Positions 16,350 to 26,187 of a stretch of DNA of 38,711 bases are shown here, piece by piece. How positions within the stretch are numbered: the first letter of the stretch is position 1; every line of letters starts with the position of its first letter. The notes beneath the pieces are model-generated. The model was not told where the DNA came from. It made no database searches and worked only from the letters and a program-made list of their open reading frames with translations. Origin of the DNA: an uncultured archaeon. Lineage in GTDB: Archaea; Hydrothermarchaeota; Hydrothermarchaeia; Hydrothermarchaeales; CAZSVW01. The stretch covers positions 1 to 38,711 of the forward strand of contig CBFDVL010000001.1 of assembly GCA_965613365.1 (NCBI GenBank). The letters run 5' to 3'. The position numbers and the translations under genes were made by a program.

Positions 16350-18042
16350 GAAATCTCCTCACCTCCTTAGGTATTTCATCTATATCGCAAAGCTCAAGGT
16401 TATGGCTAATTTCATCTGGGAAATACTTAAAGTATTCTATCCTATCATCCAAGAAAACTATGCTTGCTTTGTCTCTCTCACTCCTTATCGCTCTTCCGAT
16501 TGCTTGCTGAACTTTATTAATCATTGGTAATACCCATAGAAGGAAAAATCCTTTGCCATATCCAAAGGCTTCGTCGTAAAGCTCTTTTCTAAGCTCCATT
16601 TCAAAGTTCGGCACGGGAAACGGAAACCCAGCGATTATAATTGTTTTTATTATGCTCTTACCATTTACTACGAATTCTACACCCTCCGAGAGTTTACCAC
16701 CGCAGACAGCCAAAACGAGCTTTTTATCTTTATTTTTAACATTTTTAATAAACATGGGTAGTTCTCTATTCTCTTTTGGTTCTTTGATGCTATAAGGTAA
16801 ATGCTCTGTAACCACGCTTAAAATCTCATAAGAAGGGAAAAAGACTAAAGTGGTTTGGGGAGTAGCCTTATAAATTTCTTCTATAATCTTAGCATATTCT
16901 TCCCAAAGTCTTTCGTTCCTCTGCTCAAGCTTTGTGTTTAATCCTTGCTTAATCCCCATGTATAAACGGTTAGCAATTGGAAATATGCTTGGCATTTCAT
17001 AAGTCTCTGCTTTCTCTAAACCAAAGAGAATCTTATATCCTTCTATTGGCGAAAGCGTTCCGCTCATAAAAAGAAGCTTTCTACATTGCTTTAAGGGCTC
17101 TATAAGCTTAAAGGGAAAAACTGGCTTAAGAAAAAGTCTTTTCTCTTGTCTGAAAAAAATCCAATTTTCATCTCTTCTCAACTTATAAACATTTAAAAGA
17201 AAAGACGCTGTACGAAAGGTGAAAGAAATCTTCTTTCTCTTTAGTATCTCAACTCCCCGCTCGTATAAAGATAAAATCTCATCCAAAGAAACAAAGTCAA
17301 GAAGATTAAGCCTTTCATCTTCTCCCTCAAAAACAGATAAAAAGCTAAGCCTTTGGTTTAATTCCTTGCATGCGAGCTTTACTGTTTTTCTACTTAGACT
17401 TCTGCTCACCAAGTCAAGGTTACTCAGGTTATGGGCTTCATCAACTATAACTAAAAGCTCCTCTAAGCTCTTACCAAGCCTAAGCAAAAAAGTATCTCGC
17501 ATAAAGGGATGAAGCAGGTAATTATAGGAAGCTATTACAACATCGGCGTAAGGCAACAGCTCTTGAAGAATCAGGTAAGGACAGCCATAATTAAATAAGT
17601 CAAAGTTTTCATATTCTCTGCTTAGAGATATTCTATCTGCAAGAAGCTCGATATTGCTTCTAAACTCAAGAAATTTTTTTCTATGCTCGCATTCCTTATT
17701 GAGTTTGCAGAGCTGGGCGAACTCCTCATAGGTAATCTCAGAGCTATATAAAGGGCAGAACTCTTGCTTTGACTTTAAATGCAGAGCCAATAAAGGTTTT
17801 TTGATTTTTTTGGATATTCCAGCAGTTTCCTTCAGGAAGATTCTCGCCTGAGATTTCGTTCTTGTGAGTACCACGACCTTCTCATTACTTAGCCTGTCTC
17901 CAAGAAAACCGCACAGGGAAGCTACTGACTTACCAACACCAGTAGGAACGTCACAAAGCATTACTTCTGAGGTGAATATCCTGTCTATAAGCTCGTCCTG
18001 AAAAGGTCTCGGTTTATACGGAAGATATTCTAAAGCGAGCAT
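16339..18042 (-). CDS. XPD/Rad3 (DinG-family) Fe-S superfamily-2 DNA helicase.
   Basis: Motifs seen: Walker A (DVPTGVGKS), the DEAH box (VDEAHN), four Cys between them (EFCPLY, QLCKLNKEC, YGCPY) in the position of the XPD Fe-S domain, and C-terminal motifs GKLSEGVEF and QAIGRAIR. The ATG is at 18042; an in-frame TTG at 18051 would overlap the herA stop. Confidence 0.8.
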   Translation of the reverse strand: MLALEYLPYKPRPFQDELIDRIFTSEVMLCDVPTGVGKSVASLCGFLGDRLSNEKVVVLTRTKSQARIFLKETAGISKKIKKPLLALHLKSKQEFCPLYSSEITYEEFAQLCKLNKECEHRKKFLEFRSNIELLADRISLSREYENFDLFNYGCPYLILQELLPYADVVIASYNYLLHPFMRDTFLLRLGKSLEELLVIVDEAHNLSNLDLVSRSLSRKTVKLACKELNQRLSFLSVFEGEDERLNLLDFVSLDEILSLYERGVEILKRKKISFTFRTASFLLNVYKLRRDENWIFFRQEKRLFLKPVFPFKLIEPLKQCRKLLFMSGTLSPIEGYKILFGLEKAETYEMPSIFPIANRLYMGIKQGLNTKLEQRNERLWEEYAKIIEEIYKATPQTTLVFFPSYEILSVVTEHLPYSIKEPKENRELPMFIKNVKNKDKKLVLAVCGGKLSEGVEFVVNGKSIIKTIIIAGFPFPVPNFEMELRKELYDEAFGYGKGFFLLWVLPMINKVQQAIGRAIRSERDKASIVFLDDRIEYFKYFPDEISHNLELCDIDEIPKEVRRFHAR

Positions 18043-18047
18043 GATAA

Positions 18048-19562
18048 TCAATCAAAAATATCAATGTTACTTGCTATTTCCTTGATTTCTTCGCTATCCA
18101 TATTTTTTAGTATTCTTTTTAGGTTCGCCACGTTATAATTAAGAACTTCTATTACCGTAGGAATAGGAAGAGCATCTCCCATGGCTAATACATTTCTCGG
18201 AGGCATTGTCGAAACTATTCCTTCCCAAGTGCCTTTATCTGGAACGCCACTAAGCGCTGCAGATACATCGCTTGGTTCTTTTAAGGACATAATAAGTCTA
18301 TTCGCAAGCTGACTTCTTACCTCTTCATCTATCCTCGATGGTCTTTGATCAACCAGAGCTAATATCAAATTAAACTTTCTTGTTTCCCTCGCAAGTTTGT
18401 TAAAAATTGTATGCTGTGCTACCTTCGGCTCGAGGAATTTGTGCGCTTCTTCAAGAAAGAGAATTAACTTAGGAAGATTCTCTTCCTGTCTTGTATAAAT
18501 TGAGTATAACCTTCTTGTTATGATGTTCGCTATGAAAAGATATGAGGTTGTGCTTAGTCCATATTTTCCAAAGTCCAGTACAATGGACTTACCAGCTTTG
18601 ATAAGACTCAGCATTTGGGTAAAGCTGTCTTCAACACCTTCTCTTACAAAATCAAATCTTCTTAGCCTTTCTATTCTCCTCTTCAATGCCAATAAACTAC
18701 TACTATGTATTTTACCTTCATATTCCTCCGGCTCTGCTTCTCTTATAGTAGTTACAAGGTCTCTGCTACCCTTTTCTCTCTCCAGAATATATAAGGCATC
18801 TATCATGCTCTCGGATAAGTCCTGAAAAGCTATTATTATGTCAGAAGGTGTTATCTTACTTTGCTCTATGAAAAAGGGCTTTGCTTCTCTATTAGCTACC
18901 GGATCTAATGCGAATACCTCTACCCTTTCTGGAAAAAAATACTTTAAGCCGGGGGTGTTGTCTGTTTTTGAAAAAAGCCCATACTCTTGGTGCATATCGA
19001 AGATAAGTACATTGCCTACTTCCTTTGCAAGTATCGAGTTGCATACTATTTTGCATAGAATACTTTTACCAACTCCGGTTCTACCAAATATGCCAAAGGG
19101 TTTTTCTGCCAGTTTTCCAAAGTCCAAGTTAACCTCAAAGCTTACTCCACGAAGGTTACCCATCGGCAAAGAGGTTTCATTGGGTATGTAGATTTTCTCA
19201 AGGTCTTCCTTTCTCGCAAGCCTTACCTCCGCAAGATAGGGAGGAATGGTCTCTGGTTCTTTAAGCTCGCCTTTTTCGTTAATAAGCTGAATAACCTTCA
19301 GTTTTGCCATACAGGGAAATAAATTTCCATAGGCTGAGTCATGAGCTTCTATTGGTATCATTTCTTCTTTGCCGATTCCCGCGATTCTTTCTATGACCTT
19401 GGATTTTGGGGTGTAGATATCTTGCACTACGCAGTAAAAATCATATTTTTTGCCTTTCACAATTGTAGGATAGCCTACTCTAAGCTCCTCAGGATTATTT
19501 AATGTTAATTTAACCTCTATTCCCCCAAGCACAGAGGCTGAGATTACTTCTCCAATTTTCAT
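18048..19562 (-). CDS. herA: HerA-type hexameric DNA translocase/helicase.
   Basis: Contains Walker A (FGRTGVGKS) and Walker B (LILFLEEAHKF), and sits directly next to nurA. Confidence 0.85.
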   Translation of the reverse strand: MKIGEVISASVLGGIEVKLTLNNPEELRVGYPTIVKGKKYDFYCVVQDIYTPKSKVIERIAGIGKEEMIPIEAHDSAYGNLFPCMAKLKVIQLINEKGELKEPETIPPYLAEVRLARKEDLEKIYIPNETSLPMGNLRGVSFEVNLDFGKLAEKPFGIFGRTGVGKSILCKIVCNSILAKEVGNVLIFDMHQEYGLFSKTDNTPGLKYFFPERVEVFALDPVANREAKPFFIEQSKITPSDIIIAFQDLSESMIDALYILEREKGSRDLVTTIREAEPEEYEGKIHSSSLLALKRRIERLRRFDFVREGVEDSFTQMLSLIKAGKSIVLDFGKYGLSTTSYLFIANIITRRLYSIYTRQEENLPKLILFLEEAHKFLEPKVAQHTIFNKLARETRKFNLILALVDQRPSRIDEEVRSQLANRLIMSLKEPSDVSAALSGVPDKGTWEGIVSTMPPRNVLAMGDALPIPTVIEVLNYNVANLKRILKNMDSEEIKEIASNIDIFD

Positions 19563-19568
19563 ATTTTC

Positions 19569-20543
19569 TCACCACTCCGAAATCTCATCTAAGTATGTAT
19601 GGTAGGCTCCATAACTTCTGCCTTCGGCATTGGTAATTCCCCCAAGTATCTCATGCAAAGGAATTCCCTTTCTCAAGGCTTCCTCTTTAAACCTTTCCTC
19701 ATAAATCTCTCTGAGCTGGTTTACCTTTATTGCAAGCTTATGAGCTTCAACGAGAGGATAAACATAGCCCAAGCTTAGTTTTGACCTTGCATAACATGAA
19801 AGCTGAGAAAACACAAGCTTAGGAGGAGCTTCGTTGGCTATGTCTATTCTAAACCACCTTGCTTTTGGGAAAAGTCTTGCAAAATAGGCTTTACCATAGA
19901 GAGGGGGCTTACATCTCTTAATAAAACTCTCTGGAAGCTCCACATAACAATAATCTTTATCCTTAGCTTTTCTTTCAAGCAGTTCAACATCCGTTATGCT
20001 ATGATGAAAAGCATGAGTTTTTGAATCCTTCGCAACTCCTATGAGCAAATTTTCATTTTTCTTACATATCTCAAGAATCTTTTTAACTTCTTCATCGAGT
20101 CCTTTTAAAAATGTAGTAGTTAAAGCTCCATCCATTGCAATAATAACATTTTTCTTCTCTTCTGCAATCTTCCTGAGAAGATTAATCTCATACAATCTTC
20201 TCAACTCATTTATTATGAAATTTGGAGTTGCAAAAGGAAAATTGCGTAGCAATTTATCTTGAATGTCGTTCAAAGCTTTATGGGTAGAGATTATCTCTAC
20301 ATACTCCTCTTCTCTTCTGTCTCTCAAATAATACCCATTTTCAAACTCGTATTCTAATGCACATACTCTTATTATGCCTAACCAGAGAGTTGAGACATTG
20401 AATATAAACGTAGCGGAGCCATCTATTGCTATAAGATTTAAAGGTTTTTCACCGCAAGGTTTATACTCGGAAAAATTGACTTCTACGTTGAAATCTTGAG
20501 TTAAACATTCCTTAATCATATCAATAGCTTCATCTAAGTTCAT
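19569..20543 (-). CDS. nurA: NurA 5'-3' nuclease.
   Basis: NurA-like IAIDGS and AMDGAL motifs are present, the size is 324 aa, and the gene sits between rad50 and herA. Confidence 0.75.
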   Translation of the reverse strand: MNLDEAIDMIKECLTQDFNVEVNFSEYKPCGEKPLNLIAIDGSATFIFNVSTLWLGIIRVCALEYEFENGYYLRDRREEEYVEIISTHKALNDIQDKLLRNFPFATPNFIINELRRLYEINLLRKIAEEKKNVIIAMDGALTTTFLKGLDEEVKKILEICKKNENLLIGVAKDSKTHAFHHSITDVELLERKAKDKDYCYVELPESFIKRCKPPLYGKAYFARLFPKARWFRIDIANEAPPKLVFSQLSCYARSKLSLGYVYPLVEAHKLAIKVNQLREIYEERFKEEALRKGIPLHEILGGITNAEGRSYGAYHTYLDEISEW

Positions 20544-22927
20544 CTCAGCACCTCAACTCTTGATTTTCCTTCTTCAGTCATATATACTCTGAGCTTTCCC
20601 TCGAATTTCTCCGCAACCTCTGAGAGATGAGTAATCAATATAATCTTCTCGAAGAATTTTCCCATGTCAAATAACTTTCTGACAAAAAGCTCCCTACTTC
20701 CTTCGGTATCCAACGAACCTAAATCGCCTTCGTCTATGAATAAAGTTTTCATTCTTCCATAACTACCTTTTATACTCGCAAGCTCTTTTGCTATCGCAAA
20801 TCTCAAAGCAGCATTTATCTGCGTTTTTTCACCTCCGCTGAACTCTTGAACATCGTGTGGTATTCCATCTACCCCAACAACTTTTATCTTTATACCATAT
20901 CTGTTGTTGCTTTCATAAGGCGCGAGCTTAACCCTTGTGAATCTCCCGTCGGTTAAATCCATTAGATTTTCAGATGTTTCCCTTGCAAGATTTGGTAAAA
21001 TCTGATTTAGAGCATGCATCACCACACCACGTTTATGAAAAATCTTATCTTTAAGAAGAGAGTAAATTTCAGCATCCTCTCTAAGTTTTTCAAGCTCCTT
21101 TTTTAATTCCTTAATCTCATCTTCGAGTTTCTCTATCTCAGCCTTTTTTCTTTCCAGCTCCTCCTCTCTTACTTTTTTCTCGCCTTTTAATTTTATAAGC
21201 TCGCTTTCTATTCTTCTTTCTTCTCCTTTCAACTCATCAAGCTCTTTTTTGGCTTTATTATATCTTTCTTCAAATTCTTTAAGCTTTTGATACTCTTCTT
21301 CGAGTTCATTTCTCTCTTCTTTTAATTTACTCAGCTCTTCGGCTTTGCTCCTTATTTCCTCATCTACATTTCCTATTTCTCCCAATTTTTTCAATATTGC
21401 TTCAAATTCTCTTCTTTTGTTCTCTTTTTCATGCAGTTTCTTCGAAAGTTCATACAATCTTCTCTCCTTCTCGCTATCAAATCCAAGAGAATTTATTTTC
21501 TGCTCATAATCTTTTATTTTTTCAATAATTTTTAATCTCTCAGATTTTTCTTCGTTTTCTATGATAGAAAGCTCGTTCTTTAACTCTTCGAGCCTTTTTC
21601 TTATTTCAGAGAGAACAAAGCAGTCTTCATTTATTAACTCTATCTTTCTGCTTATTTCGTTAAGCTCTCTTTTTGATTCTTCTTTTTCTCTTATAAGTTT
21701 ATTTATAAGCTTTATATTATCTTTTAACCAAGTAATTTCCTTGTCTATTCTTGTTATTCTCTCGTTTAATGCTCCTTCATTTCTCAATAGAAAGAAAGCT
21801 TCTTCTTTGCTTAGTGTTGTTTTTAGATTTTTGATTCTTCTATTTTCTAATTCTATTTTTGTTAATATGCTCTTCTTTCTATTTCTGTATTTCTGCATCA
21901 ATTCGCTAAGATTCTTTTCATGTATGCTTTTCTCCTTTATTAAGCTCTCCTTCTTCAACTTTATTTTCTCAAGTTTTTCCTTTTCGCTACGAATTTCATC
22001 TATATCTTTTATCTCGTTCTCAAGCTCTTTTTTTAATTCTATTAAGTTTTGTGCTTCTTTCCTTTTGTTTTGAGCTTTTATAAACTCGTATTTTGTCTTA
22101 TCGATAAGCTTAGCCAAATGCTCAAATTTTGTCCTTATTTTTATGAATTCTTCATGTTTTTTGCTCAGAGTCTCGACTTCCTTCTGCTTCTCTTCTATTT
22201 CCTTCTGTTTTTCCTCAAGATTTTTCAGTATTGCAATTATTCTTTTGCTTAAATTTTCTATTTCCTGCTTTCTTCTTGGTATCTCCTCTTTTTCTTTGCT
22301 TAATCTTGATATCTCCCTCTCCAAGAGATTCTCTATTGCCTTTATATCTTCTTTTACCTTTCTTAGCTTTTCATCCGCAAGCTCCTTTGCTTTTTCAAAA
22401 ACATCTAACCTGAAAAGTTTCTGAAAGATTTCTAATCTCTCAGAGCCCTTAGCTGAGCCAAGTTCTTTCATCTCTTCTTGTCTTATAAATGTGGAATTTC
22501 TAAAACCGACATAATCTAAGCCAATAATGTTCTCTATCTCAGCATCAAGCTCCTTGATATTTCCTTCTATGCGTTTTCCGTTCTTTTTTAAAATTAAATA
22601 GGGTTGAGAAGAAAGCTTTATCCCTCTCTCAACCTCATATTCATCTCCATGTGATAAAAACCTTAATTTTACATAACCTCCAGGTTTGCAGACATCTTCG
22701 ATTTTAACTCCAGATAAATCCGTTCTTGAAGTTCTTTTATACAAAGCAAAGGTTATTGCATCCAATATAGAGGTTTTACCAGCGCCGGTTTTTCCAACGA
22801 TCACCATGAACTTTCGGTCAAACTTTATTCTGGTCTTGTCAAGATAACGCATAAATTTGCAAAGCTCAAGCTCCTCTATTATAAACCCGTCTCTGGTTAC
22901 AACTTTGAAGAAATCCTCAAGCTTCAT
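20540..22927 (-). CDS. rad50: Rad50/SbcC-type SMC-like ATPase without a CxxC zinc hook.
   Basis: Contains Walker A (GKTGAGKTS), a long K/E-rich coiled coil, the signature motif (FSGGEKTQ) and Walker B (LFIDEG). Its start overlaps the mre11 stop as ATGA. The protein has only three Cys in total, and none forms CxxC. Confidence 0.85.
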   Translation of the reverse strand: MKLEDFFKVVTRDGFIIEELELCKFMRYLDKTRIKFDRKFMVIVGKTGAGKTSILDAITFALYKRTSRTDLSGVKIEDVCKPGGYVKLRFLSHGDEYEVERGIKLSSQPYLILKKNGKRIEGNIKELDAEIENIIGLDYVGFRNSTFIRQEEMKELGSAKGSERLEIFQKLFRLDVFEKAKELADEKLRKVKEDIKAIENLLEREISRLSKEKEEIPRRKQEIENLSKRIIAILKNLEEKQKEIEEKQKEVETLSKKHEEFIKIRTKFEHLAKLIDKTKYEFIKAQNKRKEAQNLIELKKELENEIKDIDEIRSEKEKLEKIKLKKESLIKEKSIHEKNLSELMQKYRNRKKSILTKIELENRRIKNLKTTLSKEEAFFLLRNEGALNERITRIDKEITWLKDNIKLINKLIREKEESKRELNEISRKIELINEDCFVLSEIRKRLEELKNELSIIENEEKSERLKIIEKIKDYEQKINSLGFDSEKERRLYELSKKLHEKENKRREFEAILKKLGEIGNVDEEIRSKAEELSKLKEERNELEEEYQKLKEFEERYNKAKKELDELKGEERRIESELIKLKGEKKVREEELERKKAEIEKLEDEIKELKKELEKLREDAEIYSLLKDKIFHKRGVVMHALNQILPNLARETSENLMDLTDGRFTRVKLAPYESNNRYGIKIKVVGVDGIPHDVQEFSGGEKTQINAALRFAIAKELASIKGSYGRMKTLFIDEGDLGSLDTEGSRELFVRKLFDMGKFFEKIILITHLSEVAEKFEGKLRVYMTEEGKSRVEVLR

Positions 22928-24102
22928 CTCATAACCTCATTTAAAATTTCAAACCCGTGCTTGAGTATTTCATTCTTCTTTTCATGTTCCGCATAATTTA
23001 GTTCTATAAAGCTTTTGAAAAGCTCTGTTGGTTCCATAGTGTATTCTGCAAATCCTATCTTTTCTTCAGTAGTCTCGTTCCATCTTATTTCATAATAAAA
23101 AGCTTCACTTAGCTTTCTTGCTATTTCAACTTCATCCACAAGCTTTCTTTTTCCCTCAGGCAGCGTAATCTCAAGCCTAAGCAGTTTCTCCTTTAAATCT
23201 GGAAGTAAACTTAATATCTTGGCCGTAGGGTTCTCTTTTTCCTTTACCTCTATGCTTAGCTTTACCATCTCTCGGCATGGTAGCTCTATGAATTTATACT
23301 CCCCCGAGGTATCAACTTCAAGGAAACCCTTTGCATCGCTAAACTCTCCCCAGTCTATCCTTTCTACCGAGCCCGTATAAACGATCTCAGCATTGCTTGT
23401 TCTCAAGCTTTGGTGAAGATGAATATGCCCAAATATTGCGAGATTTACCTTTGGCAGGGCATAAGGCTCAAGTTTAAATTCGCCGGGCAAAACCACAGAG
23501 TAAGAGGTCTCGCTCAACTTAAGCTTGTGATGCTGCACGTAATAATGCCCCAAAAGTATTTTGTTCCCTTCGCATTCCTTTGCTTTTCTTTCAAGCCAAT
23601 TTTTTAAAGTCTGCTGAGCGACCTCATAGGCTTTTTCTCTTGGGATTTCCTTGCCCGTCTTTTCTTCCAACCACGAAACAATCTGCTCTGGATGTAAGTA
23701 AGGTAAAATTATGAAATAATCTTCTCCTATTTTTCTTATGCACGGCTTTCTGAATACTTCAACATGAGGATAGCCCCTAAAATCTTCTATTGATGAACTC
23801 CTCTCATAGTTTCTTGGTTGGTCATGATTGCCAGCGATAATCCATACCTTAATTCCAGCTTTGCCTAAAGGTTCTATAATGTCTCTTCTGACAAGTTCTC
23901 TAAATATAGGTGCAACATTAGGTCTTTCAAATAAATCTCCCGCTATGACAAATAGCTTAGTTTTTTTCTCTATCGCATATTTACATGCTCTTATAAAGTT
24001 CCCATGAATGTCAAGGGCTCTTGCTGATATTCCCGTCGCTATATCTACTTTATAAGGGAAGTTTACCCCCTCATGTATATCTGCTGTTACGATGAATTTC
24101 AT
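22924..24102 (-). CDS. mre11: Mre11/SbcD metallophosphoesterase nuclease.
   Basis: Phosphoesterase motifs seen: ADIHEG, AGDLFE, AGNHD and GHIHLHQ. Confidence 0.85.
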   Translation of the reverse strand: MKFIVTADIHEGVNFPYKVDIATGISARALDIHGNFIRACKYAIEKKTKLFVIAGDLFERPNVAPIFRELVRRDIIEPLGKAGIKVWIIAGNHDQPRNYERSSSIEDFRGYPHVEVFRKPCIRKIGEDYFIILPYLHPEQIVSWLEEKTGKEIPREKAYEVAQQTLKNWLERKAKECEGNKILLGHYYVQHHKLKLSETSYSVVLPGEFKLEPYALPKVNLAIFGHIHLHQSLRTSNAEIVYTGSVERIDWGEFSDAKGFLEVDTSGEYKFIELPCREMVKLSIEVKEKENPTAKILSLLPDLKEKLLRLEITLPEGKRKLVDEVEIARKLSEAFYYEIRWNETTEEKIGFAEYTMEPTELFKSFIELNYAEHEKKNEILKHGFEILNEVMR

Positions 24103-24186
24103 CGCTATAATATTCTCTATGCAAGGTTATGAATTTTTTGCAAGAGCTGAGGAAAAGTAAAAAAGATGTAGAAGATAGTTATAGAC

Positions 24187-25095
24187 ATGGGAAAAAAAGA
24201 GCTTGTTATCATAGGTGGTGGAATCGCTGGTTTAACATCTGCTATCTATGCTTGTAGAAAGGGGCTAAACAATGTTGTTCTTGAAGCTGAGCTACCAATG
24301 GGACAAACTGCCTTAGCACCTATGGTTGAGAATTATCCAGGATTTCCCGAGGGAATAACTGGCATGGAGCTTATGCAGAGAGTAGAGAAGCAAGCAAGAA
24401 AATTCAATGCAGATATTAGAACCTTTGAGAGAGTTACAGAGCTTAACGTGAAAGAAAATTCTTTTATTGTTACTACAAATAAACAGAGCTATGAAGCTAT
24501 TGCTGTGATAATAGCGGTTGGCGCAAAACCGATAAGAATACCAGAAGGGCTTGGAATAAACGAAGAAAAATTTCTTGGCAGAGGGCTTAGTTACTGTGCA
24601 ACTTGTGATGGGCCTTTATTCAAAGATAGAGAAGTCGTGGTGATAGGCGGAGAAAACGAGGCTTTCAACGAAGCTTTATATTTAGCCGAGCTTTGCAGTA
24701 GGGTTACAATAATAACCCAAGATGAAATTAATGCCGATAAAATTCTCATAGACAGGTTTAAGGAAAAAGGAGAGATAATAGAGGGCAAAATAAAAGAGAT
24801 TAGGGGAAAGGACTTTGTTGAAGGAGTAGTTCTTGAAAGTGGAGAAGAGATAAAAGCAAGCGGCGTTTTTGTAGCCCTTGGAAGAAAAACTCCCAGTATA
24901 GAAATCTTTGAGAAGGCTGGAATCAAAACATCAGGAAAGTTCATAGAGGTTAATAGAAAACAAGAAACGAACATCTCTGGCATATTTGCAGCAGGAGACG
25001 TTACAGGATTGCCCTTTCAAATAGCAAAGGCTGTTGGAGAGGCATGTGTAGCAACAATAAACGCTTATAACTTTATTAAACAACACAAACTTTAA
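24187..25095 (+). CDS. trxB: Thioredoxin-reductase-like flavoprotein (CATC active site) with degenerate NADPH-binding motifs.
   Basis: Contains VIIGGGIAGL (FAD) and the redox disulfide CATCDG. VIGGENEAFNEALYLAELCSRVTIITQDEINA occupies the position where E. coli TrxR has GGGNSAVEEALYL...HRRDxxRA. Confidence 0.8.
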   Translation: MGKKELVIIGGGIAGLTSAIYACRKGLNNVVLEAELPMGQTALAPMVENYPGFPEGITGMELMQRVEKQARKFNADIRTFERVTELNVKENSFIVTTNKQSYEAIAVIIAVGAKPIRIPEGLGINEEKFLGRGLSYCATCDGPLFKDREVVVIGGENEAFNEALYLAELCSRVTIITQDEINADKILIDRFKEKGEIIEGKIKEIRGKDFVEGVVLESGEEIKASGVFVALGRKTPSIEIFEKAGIKTSGKFIEVNRKQETNISGIFAAGDVTGLPFQIAKAVGEACVATINAYNFIKQHKL

Positions 25096-25134
25096 ATTGA
25101 AAAAAATAAAATTAAAAAAAGGAGGTGAAAAAAA

Positions 25135-25479
25135 TTGCTTGAGAGAATTCTGGCTGACCTTAATAAAACTCCTGGAATAATAGGAAGTTTAATCTCAGGA
25201 AAAGATGGCCTACCTATTGCTCATGCTGTTCCTCCCGATATAGATGTTGAACTCGTTTGTGCTATGGCTTCTGCTGTTTTTGGAACAAGTGAAAGGTCGG
25301 CGGGAGAGCTAAAGCAGGGTGAACTAGATAGGGTGATGATTGAAAGTGGGAATGGTAAAACTCTAATAGTGGATGCTGGTGAGGGAATTTTAGTAGTTCT
25401 CACAAAACCCGATGTTAACTTAGGATTAATTAGACTTGAAATGAAGCGCGCTTCTCAAGAGATTAAATCACTAATTTAG
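25135..25479 (+). CDS. Roadblock/LC7 (MglB-like) domain protein.
   Basis: The 114-aa pattern is [21 protein letters not shown]...[10 protein letters not shown]...[20 protein letters not shown]. It uses a TTG start at 25135, preceded by GGAGGTG. Confidence 0.75.
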   Translation: MLERILADLNKTPGIIGSLISGKDGLPIAHAVPPDIDVELVCAMASAVFGTSERSAGELKQGELDRVMIESGNGKTLIVDAGEGILVVLTKPDVNLGLIRLEMKRASQEIKSLI

Positions 25480-25481
25480 AT

Positions 25482-26186
25482 ATGAAACTTCCTAAGTGCC
25501 CCTATTTAGTCAGAAAAGGTGATATTAAAGAGGCTATAGATTATTTTAAAAAAGATAAGTTAATCGGATATGCTAGAGTAGTATCTATACATGAAAACAA
25601 ACTTTTTGATGGAGTTATAATATTTGAAAAAGGGAGAATAGTGCTTTCTTATTTATCACAGGGGAATAAAGAATTCTTTGGGGATTCTGCTCTCAAAAAA
25701 ATAATCGATATCGGCGAAAATTTTACTGTAGAGTGCTTTGAGATGGATGTAGAGAAATTAGAACTTCTAAAAAAGTACTATCCCGAAGCAAGAGTTACAC
25801 GGGAATTAGAGATTCCTCAAGCTTTGCCTTCTCTCGAGAAAAAGGAATTAAGTAGAGAAGAGCTGCTCAAAAAGTATAAAATCCGTGTGCCTACAGAGCA
25901 AGAAATTTCCACCATAATATTAAACTTCTTTGAAATAAATAATCTTGAAAACGATGTCAAAGAAGACATAAAAAGAGAACTCTCACCTTTCGTGGAAAAA
26001 ATGGATATAAACCTTCTTTCTCATGGATATTTCCTTGAATGTGACGGCAAGGTTATAGTGCCTTACCAGAATAAGAATAAAGTAGAAATGATTAAAGAAA
26101 AAATAGAAAATTGCCTGAATAAACTCTCCAATAAACTGGGAATAGAAGTTAAAAATAGCGTGGATATATTAATAGGGGGTAATTAA
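25482..26186 (+). CDS. Hypothetical protein with a DUF4388/PATAN-like N-terminal region.
   Basis: KGDIKEAIDYF...GYARVV...GVIIFEKGRIVLSY...FGDSALKKII...FTVECFE resembles the DUF4388 pattern as I recall it (G.L..., tG.L.v, G.i.f..G.iv.A, G.eAl..ll, f.f). The start lies 2 nt after the Roadblock stop. Confidence 0.5.
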   Translation: MKLPKCPYLVRKGDIKEAIDYFKKDKLIGYARVVSIHENKLFDGVIIFEKGRIVLSYLSQGNKEFFGDSALKKIIDIGENFTVECFEMDVEKLELLKKYYPEARVTRELEIPQALPSLEKKELSREELLKKYKIRVPTEQEISTIILNFFEINNLENDVKEDIKRELSPFVEKMDINLLSHGYFLECDGKVIVPYQNKNKVEMIKEKIENCLNKLSNKLGIEVKNSVDILIGGN

Positions 26187-26187
26187 A

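Noticed and set aside
21561-22424. Several plus-strand ORFs (170, 67, 93 and 60 aa), rich in S/F/L.
   Set aside because: They are the antisense of the K/E-rich Rad50 coiled-coil region. This is a low-complexity mirror-image artefact.
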